Shown in pieces: positions 12,961-26,119 of a stretch of DNA of 64,000 nucleotides; position 1 is the first letter of the stretch, and every line of letters begins with the position of its first letter. The DNA is taken from contig NC_086109.1 in assembly GCF_963921235.1 (NCBI RefSeq), positions 15,006,001-15,070,000 on the forward strand. Reading direction: 5' to 3'. The DNA comes from Mobula hypostoma. Lineage: Eukaryota. The notes under the pieces were generated by a model. The model ran no database searches. It saw only the letters and a program-made list of their open reading frames with translations, and was not told the DNA's origin. A program made the translations under genes and the position numbers.

Positions 12961-13633
12961 TAGATTAGATTAGATTATGAGGACACTCAGTCCTCACTTA
13001 TTGTCATTTAGAAATGCATGCATTAAAAAATGATACAATGTTCTTCCAGAATGATATCACAAGAAAACACAGGACGAACCAAGACTAAAACTAACAAAGC
13101 CACATAATTATAACATACAGTTACAACAGTGCAAAGCAATACCATAATTTGATAAAGAGCAGACCGTGGGCACGGTTAAAAAAAGTCTCAAAGTCCCGAT
13201 AGTTCATCATCCCACACAGGCGGTAGAAGGGAGGAACTCTCCCTGCCATGAACCTCCAAGCGCCGCCAACTTGCCAATGCAGCACCATTGGAAGCACCCA
13301 ACCGCAGCAGACTCTGAGTCTGTCTGAAAACTTCAAGCCTCCGACCAGCCCCTCCGACACAGCCTCTCTGAGGATCATCCTCTGCCTAGCGCTTTGATCC
13401 CACCCCGGCCGCCGAGCAACAAGCAAAGCCGAGGACTCGGGGCCTTCTCCTCTGGAGATTCTGGACAACACAGTAGCAGCAGCAGCGAAGCGGGCATTTC
13501 AGAAGTTTCACCAGATGTTCCTCCGTGCTCTCACGTCCGTCTCCATCAATTCAGGATTGTGCACGGCACCCTACTTGACAAATAGCAGACATCACCACCG
13601 GAGTGGCTGCTGCGAGCTGCCATCTTCTTCTCC
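12961..13633 (-). mobile_element. Non-autonomous SINE-like element (same family as 8578-9220)
   Basis: (TAGAT)n tail at the left end, GCCATCTTCTTCTCC at the right end; reverse-complement homology to 8578-9220. Confidence 0.7.
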
Positions 13634-14644
13634 CGCTTGTTCTCTTCCCAATGTTTTAGAAATATAGAATCAGATTTAATAACACTGATACATGTTGTGA
13701 AGTTTGTTGTTTGATGATGCCTCTTAAAATCAAATTTAAAGTTTTTTTTAAAATCAAAGTATGTACATGTTACCATACTACCTTGAGATTAATTTTCTTG
13801 CAGCAATTTCTAGGAAAAGAAAGAAATATGATATAATTTACAAAAACTATGCATAATTAAATAACCGATGTGCAAAAGACAAGTTGTACAAATAAATAAA
13901 AACATAACACTGAGAACACGAGTTGTATAGTCCAGTAAGGTGAACCTGTAGGTTGTGGAATCAGTTCGACGAGAAAGTGAATGAAGTAATCTCTGAGGAT
14001 CAGAAGCTTGGTGCTTGTAGGGTTAAATCTGTTCATGAACCTGCTGCTGCAGGACCCGAGGCTCCTGTTCCTCCTGCCCGATAGAAGTAGAGAGCATAGG
14101 CTGGGTGGTGGGGTTCTTGATGATAGATATTGTTTTCTTGTGGCAGTGCTCCATGAAATGTGTTCATTGGTGGGGAAGTTGCCTGTGATGGACTGGCAAC
14201 AAGCTCACTCAACACCCTCTCGGCACAAAATATCCCGCCTGATGGTCAGCCTGATCCTCTGCAGGATGTAACATAGCAAACCCCCGAGGATTCATCAGTT
14301 GCCACTCACCCTACCTAAACACATGACCTCAGTCATTAGGTCATTGGGGCAGAGGTCATAGGTTGTTGTCTTAGGGTGCAAGGAAATAGCAAACTGGGAA
14401 TAACTTCACCATAGAGGCATCATCAAACAACAAACTTCACAACATATACTGGCGGTATTAAACCTGATTCTATATTTAACATCAGCAGTTGAAGGCAGTT
14501 CACCATTGCCCTTTCAACTGGGTTTGAGTAGTGATACCTGTTTCTCCAGAATTGGTATTGATTACTATACTGCAGAGAGTGCACTGTTTTACAAACTCCT
14601 GACCCCAAGTATGGATCAGTGACACTGATAGTTGGGCTCGAGTC

Positions 14645-14882
14645 CGGTGGCGTAGCAATTAGCGTGACCTTTACTGCGCCAGTGATCCATGTTCAATTTT
14701 CACCACTGTATGTAAGGAATTTGTATATTCTCCCTGTGACTGTGTGGGCTTCCTCCGGGTGCTCCAGTTTCCTGCCAATTCCAAAGACGTACGGGTTAGT
14801 AGGTTAATTGGCCACATGGGTGTAAAAGGGCAGCACAGGCTCAATGGGCTGAAGGGTCTGTCGCCATGCTGAATAAATAAAT
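14645..14882 (+). mobile_element. tRNA-derived SINE (HE1-like)
   Basis: GGTGGCGTAGCAATTAGC...GTTCAATT head, TTCCTCCGGGTGCTCCAGTTTCC body, AATAAATAA tail. Confidence 0.7.
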
Positions 14883-16458
14883 TTTAAAAAGCAATGTTGC
14901 TGGATAGCCTTTGAAGTGGTTTACCTTTGCCACCTGCAGTGGGTGCTCCCGACAAACGGAGTGGACGTTGTTAAAGCCATCCCAGTATCTCCTGCCAGTT
15001 ACTGATTGGGCTTGGGCGAAGAATTTTGATGAGTTAGTGGGATGCTACACATTTTCAGGTCTTCAGGCAGTTGTGTGAGCTTCTGCTTCCCTCTACTGGT
15101 GCAGAAGTATATGTGTATCTTCCCTCTTAGACAAAGACTTGGGATCAAGAAGGACTTCCACTCCAGTCATCTGGGCTCTGAGGAGGCTGATGAGACCAAT
15201 GTGGGACCTGTAGTCTCAGAGGGGGTGGGAGGTGCCTGATGGGGTGAATGTGTGGGTAATTCGGGAACTGATGCCACCCCTTCACTCATTTACCCTGGGT
15301 TCTCCAACCAAATGCTCTCAAAGCCACAGCACCTTAGAGTCCTAGAGCTACAGAGCACAGAAACAGGTCATTCAGACCGACATGTCCACGCCGAGCAAGT
15401 CGAGCTACCCGAGCTACTCCTGTATGTCTGTTTTTGTGCATGAACCTTTCCTGTCCATGCAAGTGCCCAAATATCATCATCAATTAGACTGCAGATCAAC
15501 TTTATTTGTCACATGCACATTGAAAACGTCAAAACATACATTGAAATGCATCGTCTTGTGTCAATGACCAACGCAGCCCGAGGATGTGCCGGAGGCTGCC
15601 CGCAAGCGTTGCCGCACTTCCAGTGCCAACGTAGCACGACCGCAACTTACTAACCCATGCCCCTCTGGAATGTGGGAGAAGACCGGGGCACCCGGAAGAA
15701 ACCCACTCGGTGTCGGAGAGAACCTTCAAACTCCTCACGGACAGCAGTGGGTCATTAGCACTGTGAAGTGTGGCACAAAGCACAATGATACCTGCCTGTA
15801 CCACTTCCTCCTTCCCCATGTCCACTGGGCTGGACCAGGGATTCTGGTGAGTCTGTGAGATGTTGTCAACAGATGAGATTCTGCAGATGTTGACAATTCA
15901 GAGTAACACATACAAAATGTTAGAGCAACTCAGCGGGCCAGGAAATTTATGGAAAAAAATAAGCAGTTGGAGTTTCAGGTCGAGACCTTTCATCAGGATA
16001 TTACATGTTTTCAAAGAGCATTTGAGAACACGTTTCAATTGTTTTCTCTTGTCCACTTAGTGGTCCATAGCGCAGAACGGGGTGTCTGTTTCAGGAGTCA
16101 GGTCATGTGCCTGCCCATCGGAGCTGACTGACTCTCAGTGTTGGGTATGTAAGGGGCTCGTCGTGTCCACTCTGGGGCAGCTCACTCACCTTCCGACCCC
16201 ACCGGACACTCAGCTTTCACCTGTGGCACCAAGTAGCTGTTTGCATATGGCTGCGGTGTACCAGGGTGTGGCCGCTTCGACAAGCAGGCTGAACCAGGTG
16301 AGGGTAATCGGTGGCCTCATACCTCAGTGAGATAGGACAACGCCTGTCCAGCATACGAGTTTAGCTCTGGCAGACTGGGCGGATGAGATCTACAGTGAGA
16401 TCCAAGGGCTAGGAAGATGGTACTGCAGCGCACTATGGAGAGTGAAGGGCATGACAAG

Positions 16459-17327
16459 TGTGATGAGAATACACATAGATTAAGATGTTAGCTGTTCTGT
16501 GCTGGCACCAGTGGGATCAGCAGTTGGTCTGCCACCTGTCTTCAGGAGAGAGAGAGATAAGGAAAACAATGGAGCAGCATTTGGAGATGTTAATGAAGGG
16601 ACGGGAGAGAGTAACAGAAGGAGAGCTGTCAAGATCGGCTCCCCCTTTGAACCCTGAACTGTTTGAAGTGATGGACAGGCGATACCCCAGCAGGGGGATA
16701 AAAAGGGACAGGTTCACTAAGGCAAGACACACACGACACCCCGAGGTAACGAGACCCTGGAAGTGATGCGTCTCCCACAAGTCGGTGGGAAGTTTTTGGA
16801 GGGCTGGTCGCAGGATCAAGCCATAGACGCTCGAAGTGGAAAGGCAAGATCGACGGGAACCTGGTGTGTGCACCCTTGCCTGGGTGCCAGGTCCACTGCA
16901 GAGAAACGATCATATCTGGAAACGGAGGGGTTACAGTCGGTGACCTCAGATGACATCACAAAGGGCTCGCCCGAAAGCTGACTGCGAAGGTCTGTGTGGA
17001 AGCCGTTTGAATATTCATTCGTTTTGCTCTCTCTCTCCTTCCCTCCCACTGTCTGCGAACTGAACTGAACTAAATTGAACTGAACTTTGCGTCACTTTGA
17101 AACTGGTCATTTACCCCTAGACAACGATAGAGCTTGATTGATCCTGTTATCTTAATTCTGTGTACGTGTGTGTTTATCATTGCTGAACTGTTGCATTTAT
17201 TATCCTTTTGATTAGAGTACTGTGTTGCTTGTTTCTTTAATAAAACTTTCTTAGTTCTAGTAATCCAGACTCCAACTGAGTGATCCATTTCTGCTGGTTT
17301 GGCAACCCAGTTACGGGGTACGTAACA
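16459..17327 (+). mobile_element. Solo LTR (family A)
   Basis: TG...CA termini, 4-bp TSD CAAG (16455-16458 / 17328-17331), GATAAAA TATA-like and AATAAA motifs; homologous to 32328-33169 and 39047-39910. Confidence 0.92.
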
Positions 17328-18856
17328 CAAGGCACAGAAGACGTCACGGTCATCCACTGCAACCAAGGAAGACTCCAGTTTGTGACGCTTGTTTGTACCA
17401 CTGGACCCAGCCTTCTGAGTTGGAGAGAGTGGAACTGTCCCAATGGAACAGGCTTTCCACTTTAAAATCTCTCCCGCACAGGTTTCCTGGCATCATTGGA
17501 GTCAGGCAACCACCACCATGCTAGGTATGGAATCTGAGCACTGGTGTGCCAGTGGATTGGGGCCACTTTATGAGTACACTTTGCTCCACTGCTTTTGTGG
17601 GTAGTGCTGTTAGGTAGTTAATTCTCAGCAGCATGCGGGGGCCACTCGTGCTAGATTATGAGCTATGTGGAGGTTTTGAGTTCTTGCTCTTCAAACGCTC
17701 TTTTCCGCAAATGGCCAAAGAGTATGTTAAATTAAATAAAAGTAGTGCAAAATTTAAAAAAAGGTGGCGAGGTAGTGTTCATGGGCTCAATGTCCATAAT
17801 CAGAGGGGAGGAAGTTGTTCCTGAATTGCTGAGTGTGCGCCTTCAGGCTTCTGCACCTCCTCCCCAGTGGCAGCAATGAGAACAAGGTACGACCTGGGTG
17901 ATGGAGGTCCTTAAAGACAGATGTTGCCTTTTTGAGGCATGGCTACTTGAAGATGTCTTGGATACTATAGAGGGAAGTTCCCAGGATGGTGCTATGTTTA
18001 CAACGGTCTGAAGTTTATTTCAGGCTGTGCAGTTGACCCTCACACCCCCCCCACCCCGCCCACCCCGCCATACCAGGCAGTGATGCAGTCCGTTAGAATG
18101 CTCTCCACAGTGGATCTGTAGAAATGTGAGAGTGTCTTTGGTAACATAACAACTGTCCTCAAACTCCTAATGAAATATTCTCTCTCTACATGACATTTAA
18201 CTTCTACAGATGCACATCCTGACTGATTGCATCATAGCCTGATACGTTAATTCCAGAGCACAAGAATGCAAGGGGCTGTAGTGAGCATTGGAGATGGCCC
18301 GCAGTGCACCAAGTACTGCCCTCCTCCTCCTATTGACAGCATTTGTCAAGCATCTCCGCCAAAGTGACATACCCTCTTCTGCTGCTACCGTTGGGCAGGG
18401 GGTATAAAAGCCAGAAGTCACACACCATGAGGCTGAGGAGCAGCCTCACAACTAAAAGCTGACAAAAGATAGTGGATACAGCCCAGTCATCCATGTGTAA
18501 AGTCCTCCCCGCCATTGAGCGCATCTACAAGGAACACTCGCAGGAAAGCAGCATCCATCGTCAAGGACCCCCATCGTTCAGGCCACGCTCTCTATTTAGT
18601 GCTGCCATCAAGGAAATACAGGAGCCTCAAGATCCACATCACCAGGTTCAGGAACAGTTATTACCCCTCTACCATCAGGCCCTTGAACCAAAGGGGATAA
18701 CGTCACTCACACAAATGCTGAACTGTTCCCACAACCTATGGACTCATCTCATGTTCTTGATATTTATTATGATTTTATTTGTTATTTTTCTTTTCATATT
18801 TGTACAGTTTGTTGTCTTTCGCCCTTTGGTTGTTGTCCATCTTGTATGTATTCTTT

Positions 18857-19530
18857 CTTTCTTTTTGAATCTTTTTATTAATTATTATTGAAAATCAACA
18901 ACAGAGAAAAATACATCAAAATAATCAAGGCAACGTACCTATATGTAGAATAAGAGTTAAACTATCAACCAAGCTGAACAGTATATCAATAATAATAAAA
19001 AAACAAAACGTTAAAGCTTTTTTTTATGGAAAAAAGAAAGAAAAAAAGAACCCTTGCTAAATAAAACAGAAAAAAACCCCTAATAACAAAAAAGAAGGGA
19101 AAAAAAAACCCATTTGGAGCACAAACCCAGAGCTATACGCCATACAAGCTTCCATAAAAAAAAAGACATCAATCCGCCACCAAATCCATATACCCAAGCA
19201 TTAGAAAAGGACCATCTTTATTCATCCAAATCCAATGATAATAACGGGCAAAAGAACCCCACCTTTTCTCGAAGTCAAATCTAGCATCAAAAGTTCGACT
19301 TCTAACTTTTTCCAAACTAAGACATAACATCACCTGAGAGAACCATTGTATCAAAGTGGGAGCAGAGGCATCTTTCCATTTTAATAAAATAGCACTTCTA
19401 GCCAATAATGTGACAAATGCAATTACCTATTGGTCTGATATAGAAATACCGTGAATATGTTGAGGAATTATACCAAACAATACTGTCAATTTATTAGGTT
19501 GTAAATTGATTTTTAAAACTTTAGAAGTTG
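18857..19530 (-). mobile_element. L1-clade LINE 3' fragment
   Basis: ORF 19169..19405(-) ARSAILLKWK...PTLIQW...LSLEKVR...FEKRWGSF resembles the fish L1 ORF2 C-terminus; T-rich 3'UTR and A-rich tail on the minus strand. Confidence 0.7.
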
Positions 19531-20461
19531 TAGAAAAAATAGATGTATGCATTTTGAAAAATTGATTTTATTGTGTTCACTGTGAATGCCCACAAGAAAA
19601 TGAATCTGAGGTGACATACATACTTTAATAATGAATTTTCTTTGATCAACCATCAGATCCTGGAACTGACCTACACAATCTACCTCAGCAACAGAACACC
19701 ACAGACCACCTCTTGTAGCTTTATGGACTTCTCTCTGCTTGTGTTTGCCTTTCACTCACATCTTGTTTTGTACATCAGCTTGTATAGTTTACGTTCTGTG
19801 CTTTATCTGAAACTCTGTGCTCGTGAAGCTGCTGCAAATGAGTAACAGTATTTCATGTACTTCTGGATATGGAAATAAATTCAATTTGACTTGACTTGAG
19901 GGCTGCATGGACTCAGTGAGGCAAAAGGTCTTCTGTATTAAAATAAGTTCATGTCATGCGACATCTTCAGACCCAAGTGCAGAATCACATAGAGACTTGC
20001 AAGGGTTAATTGAAAATAGTAATTTTATTAACAAAACAGTTCTTGGATAACTCAGCCAGAACTACACTAGGCAAAGATCAAGATGACCGAGCAAATGAGA
20101 AGGGGCTAGCACTGTCCCTTTAAATACACTTACAGGCACGAAAGAATCTGTGCCCAGCTGATAAAACCCAAGTCTAATTACAAATTAACAAGTAACAATT
20201 CTAAGAGACGGAAGTCCAGGGATGCTTAATTAGACACATGAAAAGTCTTGGAGAATTAATTGGAAGTAATCAGGGACAATTGCAACTTAAATGTAAACTG
20301 GAGAAGACCAAACAAAAACACAAAAAAATCTGAAGTGCAACAATATGGATAATTATAATAAAACACAGAATACAAAAAAACCTGCAAAAATCTCAGCCCT
20401 CAGAATACTCTACTGACAACCCAATGTCATCATTTAACCAATATTAGAGAAGCATATTATA

Positions 20462-22303
20462 CACTGAGTAGCCACTCTATTAGTTACCTCCCGTACCGAA
20501 TGAAGTGCCCACTGAGCATATATTCATGGCTTTCTGCTGTAGGAGCTCACCCACTTCAAGGTTCGACACAATGCACTCAAAGATGCTCTCCTGCACACCA
20601 CTGTTGTAATGCATGGTTACTTTCACCTTCCCATCAGCTTGAACCAGTCTGACCATTCTCCTCTGAACTCTCTCAATAACTAGGTGTTTTCACCCACAGA
20701 ACTGACACTCACTGGATGCTTTTTGTACCTCGCACCATCCTCTGTAAACTCTAGAGAATGAAAGTCCCAGGAGACCAGCAATTCCTGAGATACTCAAACC
20801 ACCCCATCTGGCGCCAATAATCATTCCATGGTCAAAGTCGCTTAGATCACATTTCTTACCCATTCTGAACAACAAATGAATCTCTTCCTTCTTCTTCTTC
20901 TCCTTCTTCTATTTCTGGCAGCTTAGAAGCATCTAGGCATATTACTGCTCTCCGCAGGATATATAATTAATTATAGAATTTCAAGAAACTCAAATTCTCG
21001 AATATAAACTAATCACACATATAAACTGAATAATAAACTCTTTAATCAGATAGTGGTTCTCTTGGTGGCCAAACAAGGATTTAATAGAAAAACATAACAC
21101 GTTTAAGTTAGACAGCCACTTGAACAATGTGCTTCTTTCAATTTTATGTTGATTACAACTCAGCAAAACATGCTGAACTGTCTCTGGACTACGAGAGTCA
21201 AATAATCCATTAGGATGTTTTCCTATTATCTTTAAATAGTAGTTTAGCCCACAATACCCCAACCTAAGTCTTGTTAATTTCACCATATCTCTACAATTTA
21301 AAAAGTAACATTCTGAGGCCTTTTTAACTAGTGGGTGACTAGAAAAGAAATGTCTTCCCTTTAATTCATTTTTCCAATCCTCTTGTCACTTCTTCTCTAT
21401 ACTTTTTTTTTATCCTACTTCTCAATTCTGCTCTGCCTTGGGGTACTCTAATTACTACTTGCCTGCTCTGTAAGGAAGACTTTGCAATGCCATCCACAAT
21501 TTCATTTCCCTCCACCCCAGCATACCCAGGTATCCATGAAAATCTAACTGCACAACCCATCTTCCCTACTCTAAACAAAACTAAGAGAATCTCAATAACT
21601 ATGTCAGGACGAGCTTTTGATTTATTCCCTTTTATAGACTCCAAGGCAGCAGCAGAATCCGAACAGATGATAACCCTGCATAGTCGAGAGTCTTCTATCC
21701 ACTGTAAGGCCCAGAGGATTGCTAATAATTCTGTTGCAAAGACAGAAACACCATCTGAAACCCGGTGACCAATCTTAACTCCAAATTGAGACACATACAT
21801 CCCAAATCCTGCCCTACTGCTCTCTGGGTCCACTGAGCCATCAGTAAAAATCTTCAGATAAGATCCCCATTTATTATTTAAATATTCATTTATGATCGAC
21901 GCTGTTGAAATTGCTCTGCTTCCTTGAAGCTGAAAAAGGAGGAATAGGTCTACTTCTGGTTCTGGCAAAAGCCAAAGAGGAACGGGTGGCAAGCAAATTT
22001 GGTCAGCTATGTCTTCCTCAATCAGTTTCAATTTCACAGCCCAGTTATTAACCAAATCTAAAAATGGATATCTTTTAATTTCACTTTGGTGCTCTGACTT
22101 CCCCTGCCAAAGAACATTTTGATGGACAGCTGTGACTGAAGCCATTTAGTTTTGCCCAATACTGCCGGCCCAACTGAACTTGTAATCAATCTCTTTATCA
22201 TGTCTGCACGCTTTTATGCATTGAGTTGCGGCCACACGATTGGCTAATTAGATATTCACATTAACGAGCAGGTATACAGATGTACCTAAAATGGCACTAA
22301 GTG
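20462..22303 (-). mobile_element. Tc1-like non-autonomous element (same family as 3174-3697), split by an I-clade LINE
   Basis: ORF 20690..20875(-) MGKKCDLSDFDHGMIIGARWGGLSISGIAGLLG; degenerate TIRs at both ends; sequence resumes at 22196 collinear with the 3174 copy. Confidence 0.8.
20887..22187 (-). mobile_element. 5'-truncated I/Nimb-like LINE encoding RNase H
   Basis: ORF 21366..22145(-): IFTDGS...SVFATELLAI...ICSDS...WIPGYAGVEGNEIVD (RNase HI motifs); ORF 20990..21286 RLRLG...ETVQHVLLSC; (GAA)n tail; 8-bp TSD AATCTCTT (20879-20886 / 22188-22195). Confidence 0.88.
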
Positions 22304-22574
22304 CATATTGTTATCTCCTTGCTGCTTGCGACAGCGGGTCCAAGTGCAAATGGCCTGTTATGCTTTGTGCGTAACTGTAGGAATATGTAAGGCACTATGC
22401 TAATAGATCTCTCCCCTTTTATATTATGCGCTACCATTACGATTGGTGTTGGAGTACAGTGAGAGGCAGGGCCATCAGGATCTGAAAGCAGCAAGGAAAT
22501 GAGGGTGTGGTAACTATAAGGTGAAAACTTGGCAGAATCATTTTTTTTTGTGGTTGCGCAGCATTACTGTTGAG

Positions 22575-22747
22575 CTCGCAAGTTAATACAGCCTCCTGGA
22601 ATTACAGCAGAGAGGCTTTACACGAGCTGGACTTTGTTCTAACGTTTGTGTCGCAGTTTATAAAAACTTACGATTCCTGCTTGCCTTGCTGATAAAACGA
22701 ACCGCTGATTCTCGTCAAGAAAACAACCCGGCCTTAATCAGGTATCA
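22575..22747 (+). promoter_or_regulatory. Candidate promoter and first non-coding exon (possibly of EPS8L3)
   Basis: Apparently non-repetitive island with HNF4-type TGGACTTTGTTCT (22628-22640), TATAAAA (22659-22665), GATA site TGATAA (~22690) and a possible donor CAG|GTATCA at 22741/22742. Motif evidence only. Confidence 0.3.
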
Positions 22748-24171
22748 AAGACTTTAAACAGCACTTAAGACTCTTTGATAGATTGTCTTGATGCCTGGAA
22801 GTTAAGGCACTATGTAGTGTAGTGTAACAGGAGTACTGACGGACTTCAGGTGTGAGCTCTAGAAAGAATTGGTTTACTGGGATTCTACAAATGGTCTTGT
22901 TATGATAGGGACCAATGAACGACCTCATTCCTGGTCATTATCTAGCAGTGCTTACTGAAATACATCACTAAGTATATACGTGCACTTAGTATGTGCCTGT
23001 ATGTGCCTGTTCTGCGTGTGTGTGTATACTGCCTTTATGATTTTACACATATTGTGTGTATAATGTGTGAGTGTATACATATTTGAATGTACTCCCTTAT
23101 GTTTCTACATGTATACAGTCGTTGTCAGTTCCACTGCAAATTGTTTATGGGACTTCATTTGTTGTGACAGTAACTACGCTTAAAATGTACTTCATTGATT
23201 GCATTATGCTTTAGACTGTTCTAAGTTCTTGAGGACGCCCTGTACAAATCCAAGTTTTTCTTCCTATCATATTTGTCTTGTGCTGCTTTGATAATGCTGT
23301 AATGGAGGGCGATGGAGGGTAAAAGGAGGGTCTTACAACAGCTGTACAATATTGATACACTGCCTCTGGAGCACTGTGCAACCTTCTGGTCTTTTTTTTA
23401 AAGAGGAGTGTACCTACCTGCACTGGGGAAGTCAGGAAAGTTCCTCCCAGTTGATTCCTGTGATGAAGGAGGAAAGGGAAGTCTGAGTGGGTTGGATTTT
23501 AGTCATTAGAGTTCAGAAGAAAGAATGATGATTTGACTGAAATGTGTAAGATTCTGATGGAGCTTTTCAAGGATGGACACAGAGAAGACGCTGAGGGTGG
23601 TGGGGCTTTGGGGCCGAGAAGGAGTTGAGGCCTGGGATAGATCAACCAGAAATGTTGAATGTCAGGACAGAGATGAGAGCACAGTTGGACAACCCTTGCT
23701 CTCATTTCCTTGTGTGATTTTTATTTGTCCTGTTGTAAAGACCGTTGGGAGTGCCCATACTGTCAAGGAGCTTTTGGTGAAAGCCTAGAACATAAATCGG
23801 GTGAAATGAGAATTGCTGATGAGTTTCTAGTAACAGTAATGTACAGAGTTACTACACAGCTCATTCTTTTAAACACTCTTGAAAAAAACATGTAAGACAT
23901 CACTGCCAGAGTTGGAAAGAGGAGAAACTTACTGCAGAATGCCCCATTTCTCTTCATACTCCAAATTCACAGAACAGTGTAACAAGTATTGCCTACATTG
24001 GCTTTTTGAGCAATCCTACGTGCTATTTCTCTGCCCTTTTCTCATAAGCAGGTAATATTTATTTCCCTTTCCAAGTGTGTATTAAATTTCCTTCTGGAAG
24101 TCACTACTGCATCTTCTTCCACCACTTTTCAAACTGCATTCCACCTCTGCATAAAGTTTTTACACTCCATC

Positions 24172-25760
24172 TGACACGGTGTTTGGTGATGGCCCAAGTG
24201 CAGGGCGAGAGACACTGAAACGGACTGGACAGTTCACTGAATTTTATGAAGAACGGCACAGAACAAAAGGAAAATAATAAATGCCTGGCCAACATGCCAA
24301 TTATTTTACTAAATGCTCCTTTACAGATTCAATCTAGGTTGTAATCCTCTTTCCCAGAATATGGACTAAGGTAAACAGGGAGCATTGCCATAGCTGTGCT
24401 CTGGTGAAGACTTGACAAGACTGAAACAAAAGGACAGAAGTTAAACACAACCACAAAGAAACACTGGAGTATACATTCTCATGAGTGTGATTGCTGATTC
24501 CTTTCAGCTGCCTGCCTGTGTGTGCGCCCACACTCTGCAGCAGAGTCTGTGGTGGTGACAGGACTCCCCCTCCCTAGGTGCAGCTCCTGAAACGCCAGAG
24601 ACCTGTGCCCACTGGAAGTCCTGGATGAGAGACTTGTGCAGGGTGTCACAAACTGGAAGCCAAGAACATACACCTCTGGGCCATAACCCCTCCCAATCCA
24701 CAAGGTACTGGACCCTGCCCCACACCCTGCAAAATATCAGGAGCCACTGCACAGGATAGACCACAGACCCATCCACCAAGTGGGGAGGAGGGAGAGGGGG
24801 CTGACTGGAACGTGGGAGGAAGTCACCGGCTTGAGCTGGGATACATGGAACACTGGATGAATCTCGATTGATGATGCTAGATGCAATCTACACGAGACCT
24901 TGTTAATAGCCTTCACCCCTCTGAATGGTCCCACATAGCATGGGGCCAACTTGCGGTTCTCAGCCCTCAAATGAAAATCTCTAGACACCAGCCAGACTTT
25001 TTCCCCTGGCTTGACAGGCCTCACTTCTCAGCATAGCCAATCATCCATCTGGGCATAATGTTTCCGAGTGCACAGCAGAGAGGCCCTGCCCCGTCCTCGT
25101 ATGTGGTTGTAGCATTGGAGCAACTGTTCAGCAGCAGGAACTCCCGTGTCAATTTCTTGGTCAGGAAAGAGTGGTGGCTGGAGTACCTTGTGCATTCAAA
25201 GGAGGATGACTGGAGATTATTGTGGGCAATCTCTTCCCAAACCAGTTGGGAGCTCCAGGTCATGGGGTTGGAGGAGACAAGGCAGCACAGGGTTGTCTCC
25301 AGTCCCTGATTCACTTTCTGGCTGTTAGATTGGGGGAGAAAACCAGACAAGAGTTTGGCTGTGGCTCCCAAAGAAGAACAGAAAGCCTTTCAGAAACAGG
25401 ATGTGAACTGTGGCCCTCGATCAGATATGGGAAGCCATGCAGGCTGAACACATGTTGAACCATGAAGGTGGCAGTCTCATGAGTCGACACTAGCTTAGGG
25501 AGAGCAATGAAGTGGGCAGCCTTGGAGAATTGGTCCACAACTACGTGAATGGTAGTGTTCCCATCTGTCGGAGGCAGACCAGTGATGAAATCCACTGAGA
25601 GGTGGGACTAGGGGTGGTGAGGCACAGGCAGCGGGTAAAGCAGACCAGCAGGGCGCTGACGTGACTCCCTGTTCTGGGCACAGGAGGGGATATGCCGACA
25701 GGGGCTTGAGCTAGACTCAGACAGGAGACAGGCATGTCGATCCCCACTCTCGGAGTTCCT
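24172..25760 (-). mobile_element. Gypsy (chromovirus) LTR retrotransposon 3' remnant: integrase, chromodomain, PPT, 3' LTR
   Basis: MDFITGLP...[17 protein letters not shown] (integrase), GEKVWL...KLAPCYVGPF (GPY/F), QYLVDWEG (chromodomain); polypurine tract (~24565-24575) next to a TGTCA LTR start at 24560; LTR about 24172-24560. Confidence 0.88.
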
Positions 25761-26119
25761 TTAGGTACCAATTGATTTGTGGGTTGTGTGTAGATAGGGA
25801 TGGCCAAGCACGTGACAGTTCAGCTGAATTGACGAGATACTGTAGAAGGAGAGCAGTTCCCTATGCTTGCCTTCTAACACAAGTTGGAGGTGTACTATGG
25901 AAAGGTGGATCCTGCCACAGAGTCAGAGATGTTGCCTTATGGTTTGATGTTTCATAGAGTACAGAATGCAGAACAGTACTGCACTGTAAAGGCCTTTGGG
26001 GCCCATGATACCGTACAACCTTTTAACCAGCTCTACGATCAATTGCCCTTCCCTTCTATATAGCCCATAATCCTCCAATTTTCTTCAGCATTCAGAGGAG
26101 ATAAAACCATTCCCCCTAC

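Noticed and set aside
19952..20342. Possible solo LTR (TGTCA...CAACA) sharing CCCAAGTGCAG with the 24172 LTR
   Set aside because: No matching TSD found and the termini are ambiguous.
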